From assembly GCA_951406725.2 (NCBI GenBank), contig OX597827.1, forward strand, positions 8,432,001 through 8,496,000: 64,000 nucleotides of DNA. Reading direction: 5' to 3'. Both the position numbers and the translations under genes were made by a program. The DNA comes from Octopus vulgaris. Taxonomy: Eukaryota. This document shows positions 1-13,092 of this stretch, piece by piece. Under the pieces are notes generated by a model. That model ran no database searches, had not been told where the DNA came from, and saw only the letters and a program-made list of their open reading frames with translations. Position 1 is the stretch's first letter; every line of letters starts with the position of its first letter.

Positions 1-188
1 ACATACATACATACATACATACATACATTCATACATACATACATACATACGTACGTACATACATACATACATACATACTTTCATACATTCATACATACAT
101 ACATACATACATACATACATACATACATACATACATACATACTTTCATACATTCATACATACATACATTCATACATACATACATACAT
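1..188. repeat. (TACA)n microsatellite
   Basis: Direct inspection. Confidence 0.95.
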
Positions 189-411
189 GTGTATTGATAA
201 ATTAATTATAAGAAGTTTTAGAATCTAGGCACATCAACATGTATGACACCAGAACTAACAAAAGACCATAACAAAAAGTTCATAATGAGATACAACAACC
301 ATGAAGGTATCACATGTTGGTAGGATAGTGCAGATATGTAGATATGTAAGCACCAAATGCAATATAAACTGCAGATCCAACTTAATCTTGGTTCCAGGTG
401 CAGTGTAGGAT

Positions 412-624
412 GAACACAAATGGAGTTTAAAATTTACAACAGCTGTTTCGGTAGAATTTTATGTATTCATAGATTACATCACAACATAAACGAGTGACGT
501 AAAACCTCAATGATGATATATCCAACAAAAAACATATCAGAATTATTCTATGATGTGATCTATGAATACATCAATAAAATTCTACTGAAACAACTGTTGT
601 AAATTTTAAACCTCATTTGTGTTC
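412..624. repeat. Fold-back inverted repeat (~70-bp arms), likely Penelope-like inverted end
   Basis: Arms 412-481 and 551-624; both carry the hammerhead 3' half GAAACA(G/A)CTGTT. Confidence 0.6.
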
Positions 625-627
625 TGT

Positions 628-697
<70 letters not shown>

Positions 698-749
698 AAA
701 TTGAAAAAGGAAAATACGCACACTTACATGGTTTTAATATAATTTTTAA

Positions 750-786
750 TATATCAACCGGTTTCACTATTGTTATTCACGATATA
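750..786 (-). ncRNA. Decayed hammerhead-like motif
   Basis: Minus: tatatc GTGAATA ac-aata-gt GAAA CCGG TT gatata; 6-bp stem I and palindromic stem III kept, two substitutions in the CUGAnGA box. Confidence 0.45.
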
Positions 787-1164
787 ATGTTTAATTTATA
801 TGAAAATTAATTTTTTCTTAAGAAGGAATTTGGTCCATGTTGTTTGTGATGAAATATATATATATATATATGCATATATATGTGTGTGTGTGTAAAATCA
901 TCACCATCATCATCGCTATCATACAATATTCATGCTTGCATGGGTCAGTTGGAATTTGTTAAGACATATTCTCTACAGCCAGATGCCCTTCCTTTTGCCA
1001 ACTCTCACTTGTTTCCAAGTTCGGTAATATTTCTCTATGACATACTTTCACAGAAGACTAGAAGCAAGCAACATCATTTGCACGTTGGTGCTGCTCATTT
1101 GCAATCATTACATGATGTGAGGACAAGGGTATACTCAAACACATATACACACATCTTCATCACT

Positions 1165-1375
1165 TAACATCATCATTTAACATCCGTTTTCCATGCTAGC
1201 ATGGGTTGGACGATTCGACTGATGACTGGCGAACCAGATGGCTGCACCAGACTCCAATCTTGATCTTGCAGAGTTTCTACAGCTGAATGCCCTTCCTAAC
1301 GCCAAACCACTCCGAGAGTGTAGTGGGTGCTTTTACGTGCCACCGGCACGAGGGCAAGTCTGGCAGTACTGGCAA
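1165..1375 (-). mobile_element. SINE-like family C (3' end catgctagcatgg...gttaaa(tga)n)
   Basis: Shared aggaagggcat(c/t)cagctgtag core with the copies at 26952, 48927, 51972 and 61463. Confidence 0.75.
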
Positions 1376-1608
1376 CACACATATACATATATATTAATAT
1401 TGATGACAGGCTTCTTTCATTTTCCTTCTAACAAATCTAGTCACAAGACTTTGATCAGCTTTTGGTTATAGTCGAAGACATTTGCCCTAGGTATTGCACT
1501 GTGGGACTAAACCTGAGACCACTTTGTTAGGGAGCAAACTCCTTATGAATGTGTGTGCGTGTGTGTATATATATATATACAGGCGGTGGATGTATATATA
1601 TATATACA

Positions 1609-1839
1609 GGCAGTGAGCTGGCAGAAACGTTAGCGTGCCGGGCAAAATGCTTAGCGGTATTTCGTCTGTCGTTATGTTCTGAGTTCAAATTCTGCCGAGG
1701 TTGACTTTGCCTTTCATCCTTTCGGGGTTGATCAATAAAATACCAGTTTCGCACTGGGGTCGATGTAATCGACTTAATCCCTTTGTCTGTCTTTGTTTGT
1801 CCCCTCTATGTTTAGCCCCTTGTGGGTAGTAAAGAAATA
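1609..1839 (+). mobile_element. tRNA-derived SINE family B (~230 bp; ctttcatcctttcggggtcgataa core, Meta-domain-like)
   Basis: Head gagctggcagaaacgttagc, B-box gagttcaaattc, 3' end aaagaaata. Confidence 0.8.
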
Positions 1840-2859
1840 TATATATACATATATACATGTGTGTGTGTGTATACATATATGTATACACATACACAGACTC
1901 TTATGTACACCCATCCACACACACACACAAAAAGAAAGATACATATACATTTATTATGCTTACACATATAGATGGATAGATTGGCAGACAGATAGTCAGA
2001 GCACTCACTGATTTATATCAATGACATGTAGTCTATGACAGGAACACTGAAAAACTGATGTTTTTTTGATTAAGTACTCAATATGCTATTTAATTGTTTC
2101 ACACAAGTTATACAGAATACTTGTCTCCTTTGCCGTCATAAAACACAGCGAACCAGTGACAGGCCCTTTTGAAACCCCTAATCAATGTTATTAATGTTTG
2201 CTAATTGTGATATAAAGTAATATAATTGAATTAAAATTGATAAAAAAAGATATAATATTGAACAAGACATTCCAGAGAAACAATAAAAATAGCATGTCTT
2301 TAATAAAGATGGAAAGTAATTTCATAAAAAACATCAAAACAAGCTTGATACTAAACCATATATGGAACTGACAGAATTTGCTATTTTCTGGTTTAAGTGA
2401 ATCTTTTTTCAGCTTAGATTACATAAAAAATATCATTAAATTATATGGAGGATGTTTGTGTGCCTGTTTGTGCATATTTGATATTATAAAGAATTGTGTT
2501 AAGAACTAGTAAAATATTTGAGCTTCCTTAAAATAAAAGATTAGTGGTGGTAAAAACTTTCAAAACCTCTTTTAAATTAATATCTCTATATTTCAGCTAA
2601 TTCTTCAGGGGTTGCCTTTACCATTCTGCATACATACATACATGCATACAGACATATGAACATCTAGCTATCTATCTATCTATCTATCTGTCTATATATA
2701 TATATATATATAAGTAGTTGAATGAATTATCTTAGTATGGATAATTCGGTTAACCGATACCTGGGTAGCAAATTCACGTCAGAAAAATACGGTTGAAGCT
2801 ACATGCCAAGGGCAGAGATCACGTGCTTTCGTGTGGAAATTTGTGTGTTTTTTTAATAC

Positions 2860-3068
2860 AAATAAATGAAAGAATGGAGTTGAACGACGATTTAACAAAA
2901 TTCCTTTATTCTCGACATATGTTTCGAAGGCTGCATATTCCTAATTTTGAAGGAATAAGGGGTGCATTATGCCGCCTTCTCATCAGAAAAGACAAGGAAC
3001 TTATGTCAGCATCAAGATGAACAAAAACAAAGGAATTTTGTTAAATCGTCGTTCAACTCCATTCTTTC

Positions 3069-3076
<8 letters not shown>
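2860..3076. repeat. 48-bp perfect inverted repeat enclosing the hammerhead motif
   Basis: aaataaatgaaagaatggagttgaacgacgatttaacaaaattccttt (2860-2907) and its reverse complement (3029-3076), followed by (TA)n. Confidence 0.9.
2909..2990 (-). ncRNA. Type-I minimal hammerhead ribozyme motif (Penelope-like pLTR type), intact core
   Basis: Minus strand: tttt CTGATGA gaaggc...gccttc GAAA CATATG TC gaga. Stem II is 6 perfect bp and extendable; stem III is palindromic; GUC cleavage triplet; stem I has G:U pairs. Confidence 0.8.
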
Positions 3077-3136
<60 letters not shown>

Positions 3137-3139
3137 TAT

Positions 3140-3353
3140 TATTATTATTTAACAGGAATGCTATTAACAGAGACTAAGAAGTTTTGGCCAAACAGTCTTA
3201 ATCTGGGTGAAACTTCAACGTCCCTGTCACTACTATTCTTTTTAGAGAATAATAAATTTGTACAAAAATTATGAAGTAACCCTTTAGATTGATGTAAAAT
3301 TGTTTTTCTTATAACTAAAGATAAGACAAACATTAATATACATTGTACGTATG

Positions 3354-3396
<43 letters not shown>

Positions 3397-3518
3397 ATAT
3401 ATGTATACTACCACTTGATTTTTTTTAACTTCTAACAAAATTTTACATGATATTCAAAAATATTTTACCACCTGATCAAAAATATTTATATAAAAATATA
3501 TATGTATGTATGTGTGCG

Positions 3519-3584
<66 letters not shown>

Positions 3585-4000
3585 CACACATATATATATT
3601 ATTCTTTAACAAGAATACTATTAATAGTGACTAAGAAGTTTTGGCCAAAGTGTCTTAATCTAGGCGAAAATTCAAAGTCCCTAGGTCCCTGTCAATACTA
3701 TTCTTGTCAAAGAATACTAAATTTGTACTCTACAAAAGTATGGGGTTAACCTTCAGATTAAGGTAAAATTGTTTGTTTGTTTTTTTTTGGCTAAAGATAA
3801 CTCTCTAAAATACATCGTATGTATATATATATATATTTATATATATTTATATATGTATGTATATATTTATTATATATATATATATATATATCACCACTTC
3901 ATTTTCTTTTACTTCTGACAAACTTTTACATGATATTCAAAAATATTTTACCAACTGATCTCAAATATTTAAAGAAATATATATGTATGCATAAATATAT
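3140..4000. repeat. Diverged tandem duplication (~460-480 bp period) interleaved with (TA)n
   Basis: gactaagaagttttggccaaa...tcttaatct at ~3173 and ~3629; ttttacatgatattcaaaaatattttacca at ~3441 and ~3923. Confidence 0.8.
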
Positions 4001-4056
4001 ATATATATATATATAAACCTATATATATATATATATGTGTGTACATACATACATAT

Positions 4057-4133
<77 letters not shown>

Positions 4134-4183
4134 TATGTATGTATGTATACAGACAATTAAAATATAAAAATAATATCACCTAC

Positions 4184-6610
4184 CTGGTGCATTCCCTCGG
4201 TTGTTGCCTGACAAGGAACTCCAATAGCCAGGTTAGTCCTTTTATGTGTTAGATCTTGTCTAGAATGAAGCTCTTCTCTTGGTCCTAATGTGGATGTTTT
4301 TTCATTTTGTAAACGTGCCAAACTTGCCACAGGTACATCATAATCAGATGACATTTGTTCACAAAAATATTGAGTTTGTCTACTTTGATCCACAAATTTG
4401 CTTGAATGATCTACACCACTACTACACCGGATATTCCTTTGATTATGTCTCTGAACGATGCATACTGTAATTGAAACTACGAGGACAAGGGATACAGTTA
4501 CAGCTGCAATTACAATGATTATGAATAGATTTATGTGGATCATGTCATCTGATTGTTGATCTACAGCTGTGAACATCTTGGATGTTGTATTGCTAACAGT
4601 GAGTGTTAAAAATAACGTGGTCGTTGTTGACAAAACTGGTGTGCCACTATCTTTCACAACTAATTTTAATTCATATGATCCTGCATCATTTTGGTAAACT
4701 GGTCGAGAAAAAGACAGGATACCAGAATGTGGGTTGACTGTAAATAACTGTTTTTCATTACCTCCAAGTATTTCAAACCGAAGGAAAGCATTTACATGAC
4801 TGTCTCTGTCAGAGGCCCTAAGAACTGTAATATCGTTTTTACTTTTTGGATGGTAGTGAACATCTAAATTAGAAGGGTTAACACTTGGGAATATAAAATA
4901 GGGAGGATTGTCATTTTCATCCATGACTTCAACAATAACAGTTGCAGTGTTGTTTAGTGAGGGTGTTCCATTGTCTTTGACTAAAACTTTAAATTTGTAG
5001 ATTTTTTGTTGTTCATGATCTAATGATAAAGTGGTAGAAATAAATCCAAAATTAGAAATCTTAAAAGGCAGTACATGTTTATCACTACTCAACAAAGTAA
5101 AGGTTAGCTGACCTCCAAGTCCCAGATCAGGGTCACTAGCATTAATGAATCCAACAGGAAAATTTGACTTTTCATTCTCATATGTCAAAAACTTGAACGT
5201 GTCTTTAGTAAAGTGTGGTTGTACGTCGTTGACATCCATTACTTGGATAGAGAATTTTCTCTCTGTCCTTTGAGATGGTAATCCATTGTCTTTACAAGTG
5301 ATAGTAAAATCAATATGGTTTTTTTTCTCTCTATCAACCGGATTCTTTACGGTTAACTTGTATTTCTTTTTGCCTAAATTCTGAAGCTGGAATTTTTCAT
5401 GGAAAAGGTCACAGGTAACTTCCCCATTCTGTCCAATATCATTGTCTGTGACCTTAACGTAAGCAATAAAGCTGCCAACTTCAATATCCTCAGAAATAGT
5501 GGCTGTATTCCCAGTTGACTCTGAGAAGTTTACATCTATTGTAGGTGCATTGTTTTGTTGGTTGATAACATTTACTAAAGCCATAGCGATAGAACTTAAC
5601 GGTGGACTGCCTCCGTCTTGAGCTTCGATGAATAACTTATATGTCAGCTTTTTCCTTGAAGTCATTTTTTTTTTAATGAAAATATCTCCCGTTGTCTTAT
5701 CTAGTTCAAAATGATTTTTAACAAGATCTGATGTCTTGGAGCTAAAATGATATAAAATTTTACTATTTTTTCCTGTATCTGAATCCACTGCGTGTACTGT
5801 AATAACAGGTTTTTCAATCTGGTGTTGATTGTTCACGGAAACATTATACACATTTTGGGTAAACACAGGGGAGTTATCATTAACATCACTTACTGATATG
5901 TTCACATTTAATATTCCTTCTTTTGTCGGTGAGCCTTCATCTCTGGCAATAACTTGAAGCATAAAAGAATCTTTCATTTCACGGTCAAGTTCTGTTTCCA
6001 AGGTTATTCCAAGTGAGTATGAATTATCAAGTCTCTTAGAGAGAGCTAAACTGAATAAGTTGTCTTTATTTTTTGACAAGAAATAAGTGATCTTGGAATT
6101 TTTCAAACCAATATCCTTGTCAATGGCGTTTGGAATTGATCTGGTGGTTCCTTTCTTATCGCCTTCAGAAAACTGAAGGTTTACCTGATTGCTAAAAAAT
6201 TCAGGCTGATGATCGTTAATGTCTTCTACAACTACTTTAATCTCTAATATTTTTATGAAAGATTTTTTCTTTCTTACTGCAATATCTACCATTTTGAAGC
6301 ATTCTGTATTATATTTACAGAGAGACTCAGCGTCCAGTGTCTGTGCAGTGTACAACTTCCCTCTTTTGGAGACATTAAAGAGCTGGGAGTTATTACTTAT
6401 GTCCTTTTCTAGTTGACTGAAGCGTATTAGATTGCGATCTATCAAGGATATACTGTCCATCAGATTGGTATCAACTCCAATATCACCTATGTAAGTTCCA
6501 GGACTTTTGCTTTCTTTCAGATAATAAATGAAATCCACACATTCCGCCATATGCAATACATGCAGTAATGCGAATACCTGTATCAACATTATTCCAAAGA
6601 GAGTCATCAT
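4184..6610 (-). CDS. Protocadherin, large ectodomain+TM exon (cephalopod-type; the gene continues in downstream exons not identified here)
   Basis: 809 uninterrupted codons from ATG at 6610 ([16 protein letters not shown] signal peptide). Six cadherin repeats with LDAE/LDRE/VDRE/LDHE, DxD and [36 protein letters not shown] linkers. [29 protein letters not shown]. Ends at donor CAG|GTAGGT (exon end 4184, phase 0); the ORF-track tail VGDIIFIF is intron read-through. Confidence 0.95.
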
Positions 6611-6702
6611 CCACAATGAAATAAAGTAATATGATGTCGTCACCTTTTTTTTTATATATATATATACTTCTTATTTTATTTGAAATGATGAATTAAAAGA
6701 CT

Positions 6703-6720
6703 CTGAAAGAGAAATATTTT
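6703..6720 (-). other. Splice acceptor upstream of the protocadherin coding exon
   Basis: Minus strand aaaatatttctctttcAG|agtc; the exon would start at 6702, ~90 nt before the ATG, implying upstream 5'UTR exon(s). Confidence 0.6.
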
Positions 6721-7266
6721 GTTTTAGAAATCACAAATAATATATATTTTGCAGGGTAAACTGACATAAACTTAATCGGTTAAAAAATTCATTGAAATTG
6801 ATTTAATAAAAGTTCCCCTCCAGAAATATTGCTAAGACTTGAAGGAGTCATTTCAATTTCCCATCATGCAACCCTTTTGTATAGCTTGGAGCTTCAGCTA
6901 TTCAAGTTATTATGGCCAATAACTGTTCAATACTAAAATGAAAGAGCTTGTTAGCCAAGCCAGACATTGCTGTATTCTTTTATATTTTCATAGCTATCTT
7001 TATACTAGTGAAGGAAGTAGTAGTGGTAGTAGTAGTAGTAGCAACTCTGTTGTTGTTGTTGATATCAATAACTATGCTGATAACAACAACAATCACAAGA
7101 GTTTTAGAAAAATATTACTGAGAATTCATATGTCGAAAACATAAAAAGAGATAAATAAATCTATGCTATTGAAACGGGAGGTGGGGAAAATAAATAAAAT
7201 TAAATAATAAACAGAAGAAAAACAATATCATTAATGCTACTATTACCATCATTAATAATAATAATC

Positions 7267-7315
<49 letters not shown>

Positions 7316-7332
7316 TGATGATGATAATAATG

Positions 7333-7367
<35 letters not shown>

Positions 7368-9828
7368 GATGAAGGTAAAAATTGTAGTAAATAATAATAG
7401 TAAATAATAATAATCATCATCATTATTATTATTATTATTATCATAAAAAAATAAACAATAACAACTACAACAATAGCAAATAACAATATGAACAAAACAG
7501 AACAAAACAAGAAAAAACATAAGCTAAATAATATATATATGAGGTAAAAAAAAAAAAAATTGCTAAACAAAAATCATATTTCTGATTATAGCTACAACAA
7601 CTACAACAATCACAACAACAACAACTGTAACAAATATAGCAGCAGCAGCAAAATTAACAACAGATAACAAAAGTTTAAATAAAATAGTGATATGAAATAA
7701 TCTGAAGATGCAGTGCTTCGGTGTACTGATAAAAGCAATATTCTGTACCGTAGTGAGTGGGTAGTGTAGGGGAAAAAAAACATAGATTTATGGAAGTAAT
7801 CAGGGAAATAAGAAATATTATTGGCAAGTGAGGTTGTTGTTGTTGTTTATTTTTTTTATTTTTTTATTTTTAGTTATTTTTGTATTTATATTATTATTAT
7901 TATTATTTTTTTATTGTTGTTGTTGTTGTTGTTGTTGTTTATTTTTTTATTTTTATTTTTAGTTATTTTTGTATTTATATTATTATTATTATTTTTTTAT
8001 TGTTGTTGTTGTTGTTGTTGTTGTTGTTTTTGCTTATGTTTATTTATTTGGTTTGTTTTGGATATTTTTGATATAATTTTTTTTTCTTCTCTCCTTTATT
8101 TCTTTTTCTTTTTTTTTTATTTTTTCCTGTGTTTCTTCCTTTCTTTCTTTGCTTTTTTTTTTTTCTTTTTCTTTTTTCTTTTTTTTGCCGTTCGTTCGTT
8201 CTTGCTTTTGATGAGGAAACTGTAGAGGGAGGCAGGCGGACAGGCAGACAGACAGGCAGGCAGTGATGCTATATATAATATGATAGACTGATGCATAAGT
8301 ATTTGAAATTATTTCGGAAAAAGAAAAGAAGCGGTGGGTGGGGTTGGGTGGGTGTGTGGGGGAAGGTGGTGGGGAGGTGGTGCGAAGCTGGGAGAGGGGG
8401 AGTGGAATTGGGGGTGGGGTAGAGAAACATAGTTCATACATTGAAAAATGATAACCAACTTCAGTGAATAAGAGAAGTAATCACCAGAAAACAATATTAA
8501 AATGTCCCCAGCCACCAGGGCTGCACACAGCTATTACTGCTTCTGCTGCTCATGTTCTTTATTTGTTGTTGTTGTTGTTGTTGTTGTAGCTGTTACTACT
8601 GACGCTGTTACCGCCATAGCCAGTGTTACCGTCATCATCGTCATCGTCATCGTCATCGTCATCGCCATCCTCTCACCTCTCTACCTTTATCTGTCATGTG
8701 AAAACATGATTTAAAACAAACTCGCAAAGAAAGTAGGAAGAGAAGAAAATCTTTTCCTCTACGTTTTCTTCCTCCCAATCATCTCACTCCTCTCTCTCTC
8801 TCTCTCTTTCTCTCCCATGCTCTTTCCCTTTCTCACTTTGTCTGTCTTTCTTCTAACTTTCTAACTGAAATGATTAGATGACAGAGAGTGAGTGAGAGAG
8901 AGAGAGATAGAGTGAGGAAATGAAAAAATGTATGCGATGGAGTGAAGTGTGTGTATAGCTATTCCTGTTTAACCCTAGGTTGTTCTGATTAAGCAGACTC
9001 ATACACAAAAAAACAGACCAGCCATGACCATCTAGTCTGATTTACCTTACATCCAACAACTAGGACTACGGTATCCAATGTGTTCTTTCATTTCACAAAA
9101 ACAAAAGTATAATTTAAAGCGGACTTCGCTGCTATTTCTAGTTCTTTGAGTGACTGCACAGAGGCTCAGAGACTGAGGTGAGATGTGTATACTTGTCATG
9201 TAAGGTAAAGAAAACATCGATATGTGTATGTGCTTGTATATGCTTCTATGTGTATTACTATGTGTGACAGTATATGTGTGTGTATAATATGAGAGTTTGT
9301 GAGAATGTGTGTGGGCATGATAGCATGTCAGTATACAGGAGTGATTTGTATGCGTGTGTGTGTGCGTATGTGTGTTTGTGTGTGTGTGTGTGTGTGTGTA
9401 TGGTAGATGTAAGGTAGTGCAAATGTGAGTGTATGCACTGTTGTGCATGTGAAAGAAATAACATTATGGGATTGAAATTGAGAAAATAGTTGAAATGATA
9501 TTACATATTATAGAAAGCTGAGTCCCATTTCAACTAAATAATTAACTTTTGTTGTCTATATATGAACAGGAACAGAAGCATAAATATAGGGAATGCAAGA
9601 TGCGGTAAATACTTGCATATATTTCTATGTGTGCTTATATATATATATATATATATATATGCATAGATATATGTCTATATATATATATGTATATATATGT
9701 ATATATATACATATATATATGTATATATATGTATATATATATGTATATATATGTATATATATATATGCATGCATATATATATATATAAATTTATAGCATA
9801 TATATGTATGTATATATAAGCGCCTGTA

Positions 9829-9880
<52 letters not shown>

Positions 9881-10251
9881 GTATGTATATATGTTTCAGT
9901 TTAAATGTATATATATTTGTGTATATATATATATATGTATAATATATATATGCATATCTATTATAGGCACAAGGCCCGAAATTTTGGAGAAGGAGATTAG
10001 ATTTTGGAGATTAGATCGATCCCAATACGCAACTGGTACTTAATTTATCAAGCCTCCCCTCCACCACCACCACCACCAAAGGACGAAAGGCAAAGTCGAC
10101 CTTGGTGGAATGTGAACTCAGAATGTAAAGCCAAACAAAATAAAGCTTAGCATTTTGCCTACCATTCTAATGGTTCTGTCTGCTCTCTGCCTTCATATAG
10201 GCATATATAAACATATATATGTGTGTATATACATATACATATATGTATATA

Positions 10252-10469
10252 CAAGGGGTTGCTGAAAAGTTCCTGGCTTTAAGGATATTGCGAAACGCCA
10301 GGCTGGAGGCCCAAAACTTCTGAATTCTTTTCTAGGGCTTAGAAAAACTGAAGGACTGCTGCAATAAGTGTATGAACGTGAGAGTGGAATATGTTGAATA
10401 AAATCGTAATTAAGGGCTCCTCCTGTATTCTCTTTTACCCAAAGCCAGGAACTTTTCAGCACTCCCTTA
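10252..10469 (+). mobile_element. Mariner-derived MITE
   Basis: ~28-bp TIRs (caaggggttgctgaaaagttcctggcttt / aaagccaggaacttttcagcactccctta), TA flanks, internal remnant of a mariner C-terminus (CCNKCMNVRVEYVE*). Confidence 0.8.
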
Positions 10470-10612
10470 TAAGTGTATATATGTGCATGTGTTGTGTGTG
10501 TGTGTGTGTGTGTTGATATATATAAACATCTACCAATCTATCTATCTACATAGCTATCTGTCTCACTATACATACATACATACATACATACATACATACA
10601 TACATACATACA

Positions 10613-10644
<32 letters not shown>

Positions 10645-10878
10645 GATATATACATATATATGTATATAAATATATGTATGTCTGTATGTGTATGTGTATA
10701 CATATACACAGGTGTGTGTGTAGACATGGCTATGTGGTTAAGAAGCTTATTTCACAGCAATATGGTCTCAGGTTCCAACCCACTACACAGTAACTTTTGG
10801 CATGTGTGGTTTTCAACAATTGCTTTCAGCTGATCAAAGCATTGAGAGTAGATTTATTAGAGGAAAACTAAAAGAGCC

Positions 10879-10942
<64 letters not shown>

Positions 10943-11410
10943 ATGTATGTTGTGTTTGTATGTATCCTGGTCTTGATATGACATGATGGTTGTAAAAGAG
11001 CATCACCATCACACAAGCAGTGTTGTTTATCATCATTCTTCCATGAGATGCATGTCCAGTTATGGGAAATATTTCCTTGTTTGGAAATGGGTGAAGGCTG
11101 GCAATGGGAAGGGCGTCTTGTCAAAGAAAATCTGCTTCAAAAACTTCTGTGTGAACCATGCCAGTGTGGAAATGTGTACATTAATTGATGATGATGAATT
11201 TTATCATCAATATATTTCACCAGATGAGCAACCCTTTTTACCTATATATAACTATATACATTTATATGTGTATATATTTATATGTGTGTGTATATATATA
11301 TATATATATATACACACACATAAATAAATACATATATAAATGTATATATATATGTATGTATATATATATATATAAAATGTATGATTGTATATATGTGTGT
11401 GTGTATGTAC

Positions 11411-11487
<77 letters not shown>

Positions 11488-11531
11488 ATCCCTACACACT
11501 TCTTTCACTTTCTCCATTTCTTTTCCTCAAC

Positions 11532-11568
11532 CTTTTCTGTCAAAGAGCATATGCTCGAAACATCAAAG
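11532..11568 (+). ncRNA. Decayed hammerhead-like motif
   Basis: ctttt CTGTCAA a gagcatatgctc GAAA ca TC aaag; same architecture and pyrimidine-rich flanks as the 12545 motif. Confidence 0.4.
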
Positions 11569-11655
11569 ACTTCACCATTTTTCCTGGGCATCAAACTAAT
11601 ACACCTGCTTGTTGTTTCCTCACCTGTCTTCATCTTTTGTCATCTGTAAATTTGA

Positions 11656-11692
<37 letters not shown>

Positions 11693-12544
11693 TATACATA
11701 TATATGTTCAATGGTGCATCCATCATTCATCAATGAAGTTTCAGTTATTCAATCAAAATGAATTATTCAATCAAATGAACTGAACAAGCAAGTGGTTTGC
11801 CATTACACAGACACATGTTTCCTTAAGATTATTCTTAACCACTATCAATATGATTCTGTACATAACGTGGTTATGCTTTGTGAATTACAAGTACAAACAA
11901 TCCTGTGAGCTTCTGCGTAATTTCTGTGAAGCCCATTTCATGCGCAAAATATGGATTGACTTGAAGACATGGAAAATTTTAGTCCAAGATGTCAGAGAGT
12001 GGGATGAAACCAGATGGCATGCGGTTGCAAAACAAACTTTTAGCAATTTACACCTACATAAATATGTATATGTATGTGTATAAATACATACATTTATACA
12101 CACATACATGTGGACATTTATACACACATACAGACAAAAGTACTTTACACACATGCATGCATACATACATACATACATATATACATACATACATATGGGT
12201 ACACTTCCTTTTAATGGTTACAAAGAAGTTACCACTATGGTACATAAGCACACAGCACCAAGTGCTCTGCTTCTCATCGCAGAAACAGCTGTAAGCTAAT
12301 GAAATTCATTGCATAAATCTTGTTCTTGTGTCATTCATTAACTTTGTACTCTCTTGCCACTTTCTTCTAAAATATTAATATATTGAGTTCTCATGATTGG
12401 TTATTAGTATCCCTCTGAGTTAGCAAAATCAAATATATGTATGTATGTATATATATATATTGCTTTCAAAATGTGACCTCATGTGTACCGTTGGCGATTT
12501 TTTTTTCCTCTGTCTTTCCTTCTCTGGATCTTTCCTTCTCCTAT

Positions 12545-12579
12545 GTTTCCGACGAAGAGCTCCACTCGAAACGTTAAAC
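12545..12579 (+). ncRNA. Minimal hammerhead-like motif (U4C variant) in a pLTR-like cassette (12462-12667)
   Basis: gttt CCGACGA agagctccactc GAAA CG TT aaac; stem I gttt/aaac, stem II gag/ctc, ACGT palindrome; cassette sits between (TA)n tracts. Confidence 0.6.
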
Positions 12580-12667
12580 CCTCCTTCTTCCCTTCATTCC
12601 TGAGCGTCCAATAATACTATATTTGTTCCACGTCCTCGCGTTGTTGTGTTTTCTTGTTTGGATTAAC

Positions 12668-12720
<53 letters not shown>

Positions 12721-12873
12721 ATATTAAAATTAATATTAATTTATCTCCCTCATTATTTAAATATATATATATATATATATATATAGGTATATGTATGTAT
12801 GTGTCTATGTATCTATCTATCTACCTATCTATGTTTATATTCATATCCCTCTCTAGATATGTATATGTATCTC

Positions 12874-12935
<62 letters not shown>

Positions 12936-13041
12936 CATACATATATATATGTGTGTGTATGTATAGATGTATATGTACATGTATATATGTATATATGTAT
13001 ATGTAATATAGTTTAATGATGATCATACTAACAAATAAATT

Positions 13042-13092
13042 CCTCTTACTCTGAGTTTTGTGAATGATCCTGGACATATGCTCATCAGATAT
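13042..13092 (-). ncRNA. Decayed hammerhead-like motif
   Basis: Minus: CTGATGA gcatatg...cattcac AAAA ctcagag TA agagg; GAAA appears as AAAA in a cg->ca context; adjacent to a TA tract. Confidence 0.35.

Noticed and set aside
6611-6643. ORF-track start at 6643 (MTTSYY...)
   Set aside because: It is a GTG codon; the first in-frame ATG is 6610 and gives a clean signal peptide.
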